Source of the DNA: Schmidtea polychroa
Taxonomy: Eukaryota
Direction of reading: 5' to 3'
Assembly: GCA_044892525.1 (NCBI GenBank)
Contig: CM097887.1
Location: 34,534,001 to 34,598,000, forward strand
Length of the DNA: 64,000 bases
The notes under the pieces are model-generated. The model was not told where the DNA came from. It saw nothing but the letters and a program-made list of their open reading frames with translations, and searched no databases. The first letter of the stretch is position 1, and the number at the start of each line of letters is the position of its first letter. The translations under genes were made by a program, and so were the position numbers. Below, piece after piece: positions 48,500 to 62,588 of this stretch.

Positions 48500-49120
48500 T
48501 GAAAACGCTATGTAATAAAAAAATATGGCAGTGCCTAAAATTTAACTAATACACTTCCTAGAAAATGAAAGGTTGGAATGATTAAATTTATTAGTTATAT
48601 AATTCTTATAAAATTGGAAACAATTATATATGCAACATAAAAATAAAAGTTTACCGATTTGGTTATATTCTGCCACTGAAAGATCTAAATAATTTGAATG
48701 TCGTCGGAATTTTTTTGTTAACTCATTGTTTCCCATATTTTAATTCCTTCTTAAAAATAGCCACCGATGTAATTTTCAGCTTGGATGGCACACAAAAAAA
48801 GGTATTAGTAAAATCGGAGATCCTATTCCAATCAATCTTAAAACAAGGATACCTTAAAGTTCAGCAACTTTAAAGCAACCTTAGGTAGTTATGTTACGAT
48901 ATACATGCAATTCTTAAAGGCAATATGATCTTTGATCTCAGACGTAAATATTTTCTTGAAGTATATCATTGGTGTTTCAGTTGGATTGTGAAATTGTTTT
49001 GGTATATCACCACGAAAGTCTATCACGTCATAATAAATTTGATATTTCTGTCTCATATGCTCATCCAAGTTGATCCAATGGAATTGCATATTCCTCGGGA
49101 ATTGGCTGATCCTCAACAGA
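48500..49120 (-). mobile_element. Decayed piggyBac (PGBD-like) transposase fragment
   Basis: TPMIYFKKIFTSEIKDHIA and KKFRRHSNYLDLS resemble PGBD N-terminal blocks. Confidence 0.55.
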
Positions 49121-50003
49121 TGTTTGAAAATCTAGATTTTGTCTTGAATAATTTTTGAATAAATTTCATATTAAATCACTTTTTCGTAGTTTTTCGACAT
49201 TTTATGGCTTGTCTTGGATTTTTAACATTTTCAATTTTAAAATGATTTTTTAATTCTGCATTCTCGCATGTTATTAAAGCTTTTTGTTTTCTATTTTAGT
49301 AAAATTTCTTGATTTTTTGCTTGTTTAAAATGGGTTTAGATGTTGTAAACTTGAATTTACCATGTTTTCTCAGTATTGTTTTATCGTGCTTTACTAACAA
49401 GATAAAATCAAGTTTCAGTTTTTGACCCCAACAACATGTTACATAGAGGAAAAATTTGATTTTTAGTCATAATGAAAATAAATTAAATGTTAAAAGAAAA
49501 CATCAAATATAGTTGAATACTTTTTAATTTTTGAAAATAATCTATAAATATTTTTCAACTCCTAATACAAATGTAATGTTTAATTATGGTAAAACCAACA
49601 TTTAGACATTTTAAAATTCTTTACAATAAATTTTATCCAGCTCCTTAAAATTTTAAATATTATGAAATTTTATCAATTAAAATTTAATTAAATAGACAAA
49701 TATTTTAACCGCCATTAATATTAACTGAAATTTTCATTTTGTTGACTTTTGTTTAAATTAAAATTTTACCATGCATCTACTAATGTGTATAAATTTCAAA
49801 TGCGATCAAATATTTTGTTGACATTTTTGAATGCTCATTAAACAAACATACAAAATAAAAATATTCAATAGATGAATGAAATTAAATGGCAAGTTAATAT
49901 TAACAATAAATGAATGCAAATGTAGATGTTAGATTGGTAAACCATCTATTTAAAATTTTGTATTAATTTAATCTCCATTGTTAAATTTTTTCTTTGTAAT
50001 TAG

Positions 50004-52010
50004 ATGTTGCTAATGTTAAAATGGAAATTTTGTCATGCTATTTTGTGGATTTTTGTAGTCGTAAATTTATTTCGACAAACCTCTTCGGCTAATGTTCACG
50101 TTGCCGGTTGGGATTTTAATGAAGTGAAAGATTTCTTTATTATTTCATTATTTGTTTTGTGCTTGTTGATTGTGAAATTTATCCATTTCAAAGTCCATTG
50201 GATAAATGCCTTTATTCCGGAATCTTTTATTCTTTTGGCAGTGGGAACAATTTTCGGTTTAATATTTCGATTTGCTACAAATTCTCAAATTCAATTTACT
50301 ATGAATCCGAATCTCTTTTTTTTGATTCTTTTACCACCGATCGTACTGAATAGTGCGTATGAAATGACAACGAGATCATTCTACAGGGTGTTCGGTATAT
50401 GTATTATGTATGCAGTTTTGGGGACGGTTTTTAACTTTTTATTAATTGGCTTTACCCTCTATGGCGTAACAACTGGAGGGGTTCCTCTTTATGGAGCCCC
50501 AGAGTTAAATTTAACACTGAGACCAATTTTACTATTTTCATCACTAATTGTCGCTGTAGATCCTGTTGCGGTTTTGGCTATATTCAACGACATAGGCGTG
50601 GAACAAGAATTATATTTCATTGTTTTCGGAGAATCATTGTTGAATGATGCTGTTACTGTCGTTCTGTATGACATAATGAAAGCTTTCCTTGGCACTGAAC
50701 CGATAAGTTCCTTGCAAATCGGTCTTGGAATTATATCATTCTTTACGGTAAGTTTAGGCGGGCTTTTGATTGGATTAATATTTGGAATAATAACCTGTTT
50801 AGTAACTCGAATTTATGATAATAAATTTGAAGTGGCATCCATTATTCTTTTAGCCTATATTAGCTATATTTTGGCGGATACTATCATGTGGTCGGGAATA
50901 ATTGCAATTATTGGTTGTGGAATTGTCCAAGCAGAGTACACTTTCAACAATATCTCACCCGAATCATTAATAATTTTAAGGAATGTTGTAGAAATGTGGG
51001 CAAATTTAAGTGAAGGGGTAATATTTTTATTTTTAGGAGAAAGTCTTTCTCACATTGAAAGAGGATGGCATTCGGGATTTGTTTTTTGGTCATTGTTTAT
51101 ATGCATTCTAGCTAGAGCGGCTGTTTGTGGAATTCTTGCTTTGGTTAATAATTTGGTCAATCTAGAAGACAGAAAAATTTCAATGACGGAACTTATTATT
51201 ATCGTTTATGGAGGTCTAAGAGGAGCAGTTGCGTATTGTCTCGCAGCCCTGATCGATGCTAGAAAACTCGACGGAACTACTGGTGCAGATAAAGCATTTA
51301 ATAGGGAACTTATAATCACAACTACTCTCTTTATTATTCTTTTTACTATTGGAGTTCATGGTCTTACAATGAAACCCTTAGTCAAACTGCTAAAAATAAA
51401 AATCGCCAAAGTTGAAGATCTAAGTTTATTCAAAACGACTAATGTCTATCTAATTGATACTGCACTTTCGGGAATTGAAGGAATCTCTGGTGATATTGGG
51501 CAAAATATAATTCGAGAGAAAATTATGAGATTTAACAATAATTATCTACGGAAATTTCTCCAAAGACGTTCCGCTGCATACGATGACAGTCTCATGAAGG
51601 TTATTGACAAGATGTCTCTAGCTATGCATTATGCAATTGTAAAACCAAACGAATCTGATGAATATTTGCATGAAATTCCCGAAAGACTCCGATATAATCA
51701 ATCCATGAATTTCTATCCCTTTTTTATTGGACATGATGAGAAAAATAAAAATGAAGATTTAAACAATCCAAATGAAAGCTCAGTTTCTATAACAACTCCC
51801 AACGTTCCTCATACTTCATTTATTGAAGCTTTGGCAAAGACAAGAAGGCGGAGTCGCATCGCATCCGACACAGCAAGTAATCATCACGGTTATTTAAAGG
51901 AAATGAAGAAGGTTCTCCATCAAAAACATAAAACTATTACCGAAAGATATGGCAGCATCCAATCAGAAAGTCTCCACAACGACTCGCAGATAAATGAAAC
52001 TGTTCTTTAA
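50004..52010 (+). CDS. SLC9A: Sodium/hydrogen exchanger (SLC9A/NHE, NHE1-5-like), 668 aa, intronless CDS
   Basis: FFLILLPPIV, AVDPVAVLAIF, FGESLLNDAVTVVLY and YGGLRGAVAY motifs, about 12 TM segments and a cytosolic tail. Confidence 0.95.
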   Translation: MLLMLKWKFCHAILWIFVVVNLFRQTSSANVHVAGWDFNEVKDFFIISLFVLCLLIVKFIHFKVHWINAFIPESFILLAVGTIFGLIFRFATNSQIQFTMNPNLFFLILLPPIVLNSAYEMTTRSFYRVFGICIMYAVLGTVFNFLLIGFTLYGVTTGGVPLYGAPELNLTLRPILLFSSLIVAVDPVAVLAIFNDIGVEQELYFIVFGESLLNDAVTVVLYDIMKAFLGTEPISSLQIGLGIISFFTVSLGGLLIGLIFGIITCLVTRIYDNKFEVASIILLAYISYILADTIMWSGIIAIIGCGIVQAEYTFNNISPESLIILRNVVEMWANLSEGVIFLFLGESLSHIERGWHSGFVFWSLFICILARAAVCGILALVNNLVNLEDRKISMTELIIIVYGGLRGAVAYCLAALIDARKLDGTTGADKAFNRELIITTTLFIILFTIGVHGLTMKPLVKLLKIKIAKVEDLSLFKTTNVYLIDTALSGIEGISGDIGQNIIREKIMRFNNNYLRKFLQRRSAAYDDSLMKVIDKMSLAMHYAIVKPNESDEYLHEIPERLRYNQSMNFYPFFIGHDEKNKNEDLNNPNESSVSITTPNVPHTSFIEALAKTRRRSRIASDTASNHHGYLKEMKKVLHQKHKTITERYGSIQSESLHNDSQINETVL

Positions 52011-54657
52011 ATTTTATTTATAATTGATAAATTTGATTCAGCAATATTTTTCCGTTTAAATTTCTTTAATAAATATATATTTACAGAAAATATTATTAAA
52101 ACAAACATTAAAAATTATCTATAAATTTTAATAATCTTCTAAAAAATTTCTCAACGAGTTTCCCATTTTTACATTATGCAAATAAAAAATGAAAGTTTAA
52201 TTTTAAATAATTTCTTAATAAAACCGCAATTTATTAGTGGATCAAAGTAAAATTTCACTGCAACGTATCATGAAACTTATTGAAAGTGTTTCAAAACTAG
52301 TTATTCTGATTTACTAAAGTAATTTACATCGTCTTTTATTTTTTCGACATGCCTCTGGAATTTATACCGTTATAATGGAAATAATGATGTAAAATTGTTA
52401 TTTTGTTGTCTTTCCATTTAGACTGACTACTGTAATGATGAATACGGTGTTTCCTATTTTTGTTCAACTGACAAATTGCCATCATAACGGAAGGCAATTA
52501 ATTTTGATGGTCACAGCTGTAAAATTTCAAAATTGGATTTAGCTGATCTTCCAGTTGATTAGCTTACTGCTTCCAATCAACCATCTTCGGAAGGTGAAAG
52601 TGAAACCGATTTTGTTTATGAAGAATCAAACAGCCGAGATTGGAATCATTCAATGATTTTTGTAGGGAATTAAATTTCAATAAATTATTGTCCAAGAAAT
52701 ATCTTGCAGTATTTAAAAATGGCCAATTCTTAAATAAAAAGCCTTTGGTAGTGACAGTTCGACAAGTCAATAAGAGAAGTAAAGACGTTATTACTTTCCT
52801 TTTTAATTTTAATGACTTCAATTTTGTAATATTATTGAAGGCTTGATGAAGTACCTTGTGTCTCTTACACAAGTAATGCTTGGTGCATATTAATTGATTT
52901 TTCAACAAGTATTAACCTGTCCTAATTTACAAAAACAATCTACCTTCTATAATACCAATTTTTCACTGAAATAAAGTCTGGATATGGTCTGCTTGGGTTT
53001 ATTTTGAAATAGATTTCTTGGTACTTATTGAGAAGATTGCATTTCCTGTTCTTTATATTTAAATTTTATATTTTATGAATAGCAGCGGGCATTACTATTA
53101 AGTTTGAATATTTTATAATAAGGACTTTAGAATCGAATAAAACTTATAAATGATATATCAATTAATGTTTATTACATATTTACCGCAAAGGAAATGAAGT
53201 TATTTGTTTGTTTAAATATTTTCATTAAAAAACGAATAAATTCATTTGGACATTTGTACAATATATAATTTCAAATATTACGAGTTTTTCTCAAATAAAC
53301 AATACCTGTCAATCATTGAATCACTAATCACCATGATTTTATTATGTTATTTTGTTTTATTAATTAAAATATTTTTAATCCATTTGTATAATAATACATT
53401 TATATTAATACATTTGTATTCAAAAAACGAAATTTATGCATTAAAACGAGATACTAGAGGAAATAAGGGGTTGATAGTAAAAATAGATAATAAAACAGTT
53501 GCATGTCACTGGAAAACCTTATGACATAATTACGAAGTAAGATGGAGCCTATGGAAACTTTCTCACAATTACGATACCAAAACTTTTCTTTTTTGAACCT
53601 TTTGATGATTCGGCTACAATCAAGCTCAAATTAAAAAACTAATTATACCTTGAATTGTATTTTGAAAACCCTTTTTAGGTGTTATTTTAGCGTGGAAAAT
53701 TGCAATAAAAAATATTTTTATAATGACCTTGAAAATTCCCGTACTTGAAATGAACCAATTAAAATTGCGGGTTTGTCTCTGATACGCTACGATTACGGTT
53801 CCTGTGAATGTACAATTAAACCTTTACACTCACACATCAATTTTGATGCTCGTTCAAAAATCTTTTAACATTTGAATATTTTTTAAAATTTTTATATTCA
53901 ATTTAAAATGATTTTTATATATTATAATTCATATAATAATCTTCTAGCTCTCATGACCACTCTATTACATGACCGCGGAACTATACAATTTATCTATTAA
54001 AGCTTGATCTTAAAAATGTGAAATTTAGTATTAAAGTGGCATCAAAGTAAGATCTTTCTGAAAGTACTGTATTTATTTATTTATTATAATAAAAAGAAAG
54101 AGAAGTCGAGAATCAAAAGAGATTTTAACCTGTGATATTGAATACTTAAACAAACTATTAATCATGTAATCATTAATAATATTTAATAGTGATTTCTCTC
54201 CCAAAAGGTATAACAAACACAAAATATTCGTAAAATAATCGAATTTTGTAATTCGAAAAAAGAATGATAAAAATGGGAGAAAAGGTTGCATTTGTGTTGA
54301 TCAATAAAATTTCATTTTTGTTTTTATTCGTAAGCAGGCTTGGAGTTGGATTAATAATTGTTAATTTCTTATTACAGAGAAAAAACAAAAATGTATTAAA
54401 AGCTTTATCACAATATGATACAAAGGCCTAGAGAAATATTATAATCAGGATCGGAATGTAAAGATTGCAATCCTTTATCAATTAATTTCTGTTTTTGAAA
54501 CTAAAATGGTCAAAGAAAAACTATGAAAACTAACCAATTCGGAAAAATAATCAAAATAATAATAGCAAAAATAAATAAATAAAATCAAAAACATTTTAGC
54601 TTTAATTTGAAACTAATGAATTCAAAATTTAATTAAGTTCGAAATTTCTATTTTCCA

Positions 54658-57600
54658 TTATTTTTTTGGAATAAAATTTTCCGTTCGAAATATTGCTTGC
54701 ATTCCTTCAAAGCAATCTTCAACGTCGATCATAGGATTATCCAGTTCTGATGCTCTTGTAAAATCTCTGTGGCAATAATTCGGTTGGTTCTGTTTCTGAT
54801 TATGGTCTTTATCTGGTTTGTAAACTCCAGTATGTACCAAAATTGCTATTTAAATAAATTATATATATATATATATATATACAAATAAAAAACACCAATC
54901 TTACAATCAATTTGTTTTGCAGTTTGAGGCAAAAACTCGGCTTCTTCTGGAACAACACGAGAAGAAGACATGGATGCCTGAACTCTCAGCTTTTGCCTTT
55001 CTTCTTTTGTTATTTCTTTTCCACCTGACATTCTTCGAAATCTCTTAAGGTAGTTATTGTAAAGATTTGCTCCAAGTATGTCTACAGCAGGGTTATCACT
55101 TAATTGTAAATATATTTATGAATAAGGTAAAATATATAATTAGATTATTACCCGAAAAAATAAAGCGATTTTATTGGAGATTTTATGCCCATTCTCTTTG
55201 CAACCAATGAAATCGTGTGTTCGGCGAATCGAAACGTAATTTCAGACGGCTTTCCTATTATGGCTGTATAATTCAATGGGTGGCCAGTTATTTTCTTAAT
55301 GAAAATAGCATATAATTCATAAATATTTCATAAATATTTAAAACTTTTTAGAGCCTAGTAAAGCAGAGGCTATACAGATATATGTCTTTGCAAATGTTGG
55401 GATTTTCTATTTAAATTTTTTTTCTTAAAACCTGAAAAGTAAGTCTTATTTAAATTAATATCCAATTATTGCTATCTGGTACTCAAAGGCAGTTGATATA
55501 ATTAATTTAATATTTTAATTAGATCTAACATGAATGTATAAATAGAATTTAATAATAAATTATAAATATCAGCATATATTACTGATTTATAGTCTTCAAG
55601 CTCTCTTTTTTAAAAAAATTCATTATTAAATAATTAATATATGAAGAAGATTAATTAACATAATTAAACAATTAACATTATTAAATGTCAAGGTCGCATA
55701 ATATAGAAAATATTAGTAAATAAAATGTGATTTCTAATTTGACAGTATTTGACATTTTATTACAAATTTATTATAAATAAATATTTCAAATATTCCCTAA
55801 AGCAATTATTTCCTATTAAAATATCAAAAATTAATTATCTGAAAGAATGAAAAAATAGATAATATTATTAAATTAATTGCTTAAAGAAAAATTGTAAATA
55901 CAATGTATTTTTTATGTCTTTCAAACTATTGTAAAGAACTTTGATATCTGAAGAAGAAAGATTTTATTCTAGAAACAAAGTCAGTTATCAAAGCCCCTGG
56001 TACTAAGAAAAGTGCTTTATGGAGTTCGGTAAAGAGTTTCACATCATGATTGAATAGAAACATTTATCAATTACTGTTATTTTTGTTCTTTGTGAAAGGT
56101 TTCCGAATCGCTTTTTGCAGTTCTCGGAAAGGGAAAAGTTTTTTGTTATAGATAATTTTTAATATTATTGATTAAATTTTTTGGGCGGCGTAAAGTTATG
56201 AAATATTTTTTTTGTTTATATTTAATTTAAATAATTGAATAATTTAAACTAATTAGCTCTCTTTTAATAAATTCAATGGAAAAAAATATCCAGTGGTGAA
56301 ATTGGAAAACAATTTCTTATAATTGTTAATGATTTTTCACATTAAATTATTAATAATTAAAAAATAAAGTTTACATAATAAAGTTAAGATAATGTACTAT
56401 TGAATGACAACTTAACATTATTATTTATCAAGGCCACACGAATAGGGGAAAACTTATTATTAACATATATAGTAATATAATATTAATGGCGGTTTAAATA
56501 AAATATTTTATTTATAATTCAACTTTTCCAAGATTAATTTCTATAAATTGTTTATTAAGAAACCATAAATGAAATTTTATTACCTGATAAAGCGTTTCAA
56601 GGCATAAAAGAAATGCTCCATGTCCAAATCTGAAATAATAAAATGTTAGATTGAATAAACTTTTATAAATTGACATTTCAGACTTTTATATATTTTTTAA
56701 TTAAAATGTATACATTCCAAATTATAAGATAACGCCAGTCAAACATTCTTTTCACGATTAATTTCGACAGTTTTCCTGTCATCATCAGGAGGGATATAAT
56801 ACTCATTAAATTAAGGATTTTAAACAAATTTAATTATATATAAAATTTTTTTTTCATTTTATAAAAAAAAATATATTATCTTTTGAAAATTTTAACATTT
56901 AAGATAATGTAATTTTCTGCGAGAATTTAGTTTTTTCCGTTGAAATTATGGATAATGAATGTTATCTTATGTAATTTACTATAATTAGGCCTCACCTGCT
57001 GGTGGCCCTATTTATAAATAAAACACTATATTCAATTACCACTGCTAACATATTATGTACTAATAGGTAATTACAAATATATAAAAGCCGATAAACATGA
57101 AAAATATTTAAATATTGTTATTGTGGCTCCAAACGAAATTATTTATGGCTCTTGATACATTAAAGGTTGTGAATCTAAGATTTAAATAAAAACATTAATG
57201 AAAACGTGTAAAATTAAAAAAATATATTTGTAAACTTTTGCTGTTCTTGGAGGGTTTCAAACAACCGAATGAAGCCATTGAGTCTATTAAGTTAAAAAAA
57301 ATTCTATTAAAGATAAATAGTTTTACAATTATTACTTGAATATTGAGAAACCCTTTAGACTTGTATGCTTTCAATTGAAATGAAGTACAATAAATATCAA
57401 GTTTTGTCGACAGAATACGAAGAAACAAAGCTATAAAATCCCCACAACCACCTTTATATAATGTATTAGCAGGATATAGTTAACTTTCTACGCCAATACC
57501 CAATATATGTATTGCATAATCCCCATGCGACAAAGAGTGATATAATCATACACACTTAAAAAAAAAGCACGTAAAACTCAAACATTTAAATTAAGAGTAA

Positions 57601-58626
57601 AATTAATTAAAAATTAATTAAAATTTAAAATCAATATTTTGTGGGGAATAAGGTATGAGTGGATAGTAAATAAAAGGTTAGAGACGAATATATTAATTAA
57701 AAAATGATGTGAATTCCCCAGATAAAAATATTAAAAAATATAAAAATTAATTAACTTATTAAATAATTATTCAAAGGTTTTTTGATAATCCCGAATGTCG
57801 TAGCTGTCTATCAGTTTGAGGCTCAATAGTGAATAATAAGATTATTCTAGAACTCGAGATCCACAGTTGGGATAGATCACCTAATTCAGTAAAGTGCCTT
57901 GGTGAAAAATAACTGCTATTTGGAAGATCAGTGATTTATTTTGGAATGGTAATTAACGGCTCAAAAATTTAGTCAATAATTGGCTTATATACCAAATAGT
58001 ACAAAAGTAGAGGCAACAATAGACCAAATGGAGAAAAATATTAAGAATCCCAAAAATAAACTAGAGAGAATCCATAAAAATTATAGAAACCTCATTCTAG
58101 TTATTGTTTCGCCCAAAGCATCAACCGTTCGAAGTGTCATTTGAGAAGTTTATATTTTGTACTCACTTTGTATAAGAATGAGGATAGTCCTTGATTTTGT
58201 GAATTTGTTATATACAAAAAATAATAAACATTGCTACAAACTCTTTAGTGTAAATTATTTTTAATTGTCAGTTAACTAAACTTTTATTATAAATAAATTT
58301 GTCAGAATTTGTTTATTCGTATTAAAATTAAAACAAATTATTCATAAAATATCATATAAAATCACCTTGGTAAAACTGCTTCAGCCATGAAAACCAAATC
58401 CATATTGCAAGCAAGAATTGGTAAATGCTTTTCAGGATAACTTTCAGGGGAAACATCCGGTTTACCATTTGTAACAAGCAAGTCAATGATTAATTGCAAG
58501 TAAGACTCCCAATTTTTAGGTTCCCCCATGAGAATAATGGCTTTTTAAGTTATATATTATTGTGGAATTTTCACATTATGAATTACCTTCTACTGGCTCT
58601 AGTTTCTTTTCTTGGTAACCCCTAGC
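54658..58626 (-). CDS. HDHD5: HDHD5/CECR5 HAD-family hydrolase, 3' exons: 58626-58587, 58540-58366, 56629-56584, 55294-55152, 55098-54896, 54845-54658; 5' exons not located
   Basis: [69 protein letters not shown] and ILVHTGVY motifs, with consistent GT-AG phases. Confidence 0.9.
56749..56796 (-). ncRNA. Minimal type I hammerhead ribozyme motif (Penelope-like)
   Basis: CTGATGA-T-GACAG-GAAAA-CTGTC-GAAA-TTAATC, with a palindromic stem III and AUC site. Stem I pairs poorly. Confidence 0.6.
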
Positions 58627-60310
58627 CTAACAAAAAATACAGTGTAATTATAAGTAAACAAATTTTTAAATTGCAAAATATTTTTGAGAAATATACATTG
58701 AAATAGTAATAGAAATATATTAATAATTAATAAGAAATAATCAACTGAGACTTAAAATATTTTATTGATTTAATTTTATATCACTTTATTCAATCACTTC
58801 ATTTAAACAAAATATCAAATATCCCCCACCCAATAATATTTAGGGGAGGAGATCTCAAGCCAAAAATCCCACGGGTCATACTCCTTATTATACACTAATA
58901 AACTTGATATTTAATTATAATATTTAATCACACTATTTAAACAACAAAATATAACGGTTTTAAAGATCAAAAAGAACCATTCAAATTAGTTTGTTTAGAA
59001 TTCCTTCGTCCTAATTTTTCTTAATATATAAACTGTCTGTTGTACTGATCATCCTCCATGAATCTGGTCTCTCAATTATTTCAGAGTTCTATTTACTGTA
59101 CATTCTATACATGATCTACTATATCAATATTAGGTAAGTTGAGAGGTAACTTCGAAATGCGGTTGTGAAAGTGACATGCTTATTATAAATACAAAATTCT
59201 GTATAAAAATTTTAATTGGTGTATATGTTGATAAAAGTATGTCATCACTTATCAAACACAATCATTTTCATAAAATATTAAAACGTACCCCATGGTATCA
59301 AAATGTTTATTCATCCATTAATAGGAAGCTCAATATAAAATGCCCGTTTAAAGGTGAATTGTTTTTATGAATGAATTTGCTAAAGAGGTTTATGATCTAG
59401 TCACCAATGCCTCTTTTAATAATTATCAAAACTCCGAAATAAAATTTTCAAATTTGATATACCTTTCTGAGTGCGGCTATACAAACACAAATTTAGGTTC
59501 ATCATCCTAACACTCACTATTAAATTTATATATCTATTTAGTGAGTGTAAGGATAATGGGCCTAAACCTTTGTTGATTTTGCCGTACTCGGAAAGTTTTA
59601 CAGATTTTAAATGCAAGATAAACAAGTAGTTAGGGAATTTAAATTATAGGATCGTTTCTAATTCATATAAATTACACAGTCAGTTTATTAATAAGATTAA
59701 AACTCTTGTTAGATTGTGTTAAAGATCTCGTTTAACAATTTATATATAATGGATGTAATGTCATATACATTGGAGAGACTACCCATCATCTCTGTGTTCG
59801 ATATTGTGTACGTTATCAACTGAAAGTATCGGCCGATATTAGTGAGCACAATAAGGACGGTATAAGTAAAATAGGTATGTCTGATATTAAAATTTTATTA
59901 AAAATATTTAATATTTATTGTGAACATGTAATTTGTCAAGCTTTGTTGATAAAATCATGGAATCCAAAAACTAATGTTCACAAAATGCTGTGAACACTTG
60001 CATTTTTAATGTTTTAAAATAGTCTGGGTTGTAAATTGTGAATATGTGGATTGATATTGTTTTAAATGTATTGAATTATTAAGTTACATAATTTTTAAAT
60101 TTCAATTTTTTAAAAGTTTATAGATTGTTAAAATTAAAAATTATATTAAAATGAAATTATAATTAAAATATTTTAAAATCTTTAAATACATTTATTATAA
60201 ATTGTAAAATAATTTATTATTTTAATAAAAATTAAAAAAAAATATTTTTATTAAAAAGAAAAAATTAATATAAAATGTTCCTAAAATCTATAAAATCTAT
60301 ATTTTGTCTA

Positions 60311-60343
60311 TCCTACCTGACGATGACAGAACAACTGTCGAAT
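60311..60343 (+). ncRNA. Truncated second copy of the hammerhead motif abutting (TA)n
   Basis: CTGACGA-T-GACAG-AACAA-CTGTC-GAA followed by a TA microsatellite (60343-60368). Confidence 0.45.
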
Positions 60344-61289
60344 ATATATATATATATATATATATATATTGACAAGTATATTTAAATCGTGTCACATTCC
60401 TTTTGAACAATTGGATTTTATTTAAAAACAATTAAATATGTGTCCTTGACAGTATTTTGATTTGAAATTAATTGAATTTCCATTTACCTTTTTAAAGTTT
60501 ACTATCATTTAATTATTATTTCAATAATGTTATTATTAGAACTAAAGAACATGTCAAAATATTTTGTTTTACCTTTTACCGTTAAGATTCGTATTTTAAA
60601 TCAAACTTTTTCTAATTTTTTAGTAATAAATAAATGAGTATTATTATGAATTTAATTTTGACTTTGTTTTATTAATTCGACTTATATCGGGACTTGAACA
60701 TTTTGTTACATATTGAAATAAATTTTTTCCCCCAATTTCACCACTGATTTCTTTTCCATTGACATTGTATTTATTAAAAAGCTTGACTAAATCAGTAAAT
60801 ATATTGATGTTTTTGATATTCTCGAAGTTTCAGCACTGCCTTTTTCAAGTGAATTTGATCAAGACAGTGTTTCGTGCCATGTGTATTCTCAAAAACATGC
60901 GTAAAAATAAATGGAGTTTAAACAAAATAATGATTTCATTGATGTGAAATAAATGAAACAACATTAAATATATAATATTGGAATTATATTAATATTTTCT
61001 CCTTGAGTACATTAACAGCAAATATTTAGACTTTTACATACAGAAAGCAATAGGCATTCACAACTATTTTTGGGTGACTGCATTTACTGATTTATATTCA
61101 AGATTTATAATAAATATTAAAATAAATTTTCATTGTAAATATTTTCAAGAATTTTTCAAAAAATTCTAAGTAAAAAAATTGAATTCAAAATTAATATTTT
61201 TTATTTTTTATAGTTATTTTATAATTATAAAATTTAATTTTAAAAATTGGAAAAAAATGGAAATCACAAAGTTATTGTAAAATATACAC

Positions 61290-62320
61290 TATATACCTGA
61301 AGAGTGCTCTGATAACGAAAAGCGAAGGAGAATTTTTTAACAGCAAAAATTAGCATTCATTAGTGATAGTGAAAATGTTTCTTCTCCCTCAGAAAGTGAC
61401 AGTGAAAATGAAAATATTTTGAATTTACAAAATTAAAGATTTCTGCAATTACCATGCAAATGGAATTCAATATAATCAAACTGAAATTTCGGCAATAGAG
61501 CTGTCTGGAAAAAAACAAAAGAAAGCTCTACCCCAAAGCTTCAAATATTTTCAAGACGTATCGAATACCACTAGATTGACAAAAAGATTATATAAAAGTT
61601 GAAGTAATTAGAGCGTTTTCTTTGATAATCGACGATCGTAATATATAAAACTTGCACATAGCAATAAGCTTTTCAAGTTTTGGGGGAAAACGGACTTTAA
61701 AGGATGAAAATAATTAAAGCTTTCATCGCATTATTGAATGGATCAGTGTCTAAAACTTAAAATTTTCATATTTATGGAGTAAGAAATGGAGACCAAATTT
61801 TTCTCAACAACCATGACTAGAAATAAGTTTATAGGTATTTTTGGAATTTATTCATTTTATTTATTAAAAAGCTTGACTATGAATGAGTATATATATCGAT
61901 GTTTTTTTATATTCATGAATTTTTGGCTTGCATCAGATGTTAAGAATAAATATTTTCTTTTAGATTTTGTTATATTTGGGGAGAGATGGAACAAGTAAGT
62001 CATCAACAGCTCTTAGTGAATTCATTGTATGGAACCATTAACTATGAAAACGAGAATTTTAACTACCGACATTTTTTTTACAAGCTTAACACTAGCATTC
62101 AAATTACTATGAAAAAAAGACTACATTAGTTGGAACTTTACAGGAAACAAGGATAAAGTTTTTGTAACAAAAAAATAGCATGGATCTTTTTTCAACATAA
62201 ATTTATAAATAAAATGACTGTGATTTTACAATTAATAAAATTAAACCGGCCAAGAAAGTTTTCTTATTGTGTTTAAAACATAAATTTATAGAAATACGTG
62301 AAAATATCTAATAAGAAAAT
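61290..62320 (+). mobile_element. Decayed piggyBac (PGBD4-like) transposase
   Basis: Acidic N-terminus SDSENVSSPSESDSE, FSTTMTRNKF and FWLASDVKNKY motifs. Confidence 0.65.
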
Positions 62321-62588
62321 GAACTCACCTGTAAATTATTTTAATGTCAATGAAACATTTTAATATTTTTTAAAAATCCTAATTTAAATTCAGCATTTAT
62401 TGATTCAATAAATACTCGAATTACAGAGAAAAAATAACTTTAAAATTCCAATTGTAGAATAATTAATATCGAGTTTCTCATATATTAGTATGACCTTTGC
62501 ATTTAATAGTGTTAATATTTCATATAATAATATTAATTTTTTTATTAATTGTTTTTTTTCATCTAATTTCATATATAATGAATTTATA

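Noticed and set aside
59110-59180. Possible upstream HDHD5 exon (..LPNIDIVDH)
   Set aside because: Only a short match with no convincing acceptor and phase; left out of the gene model.
61296-61325. CTGAAGA...GAAA hammerhead-like string
   Set aside because: No stem II; it lies within a piggyBac relic.
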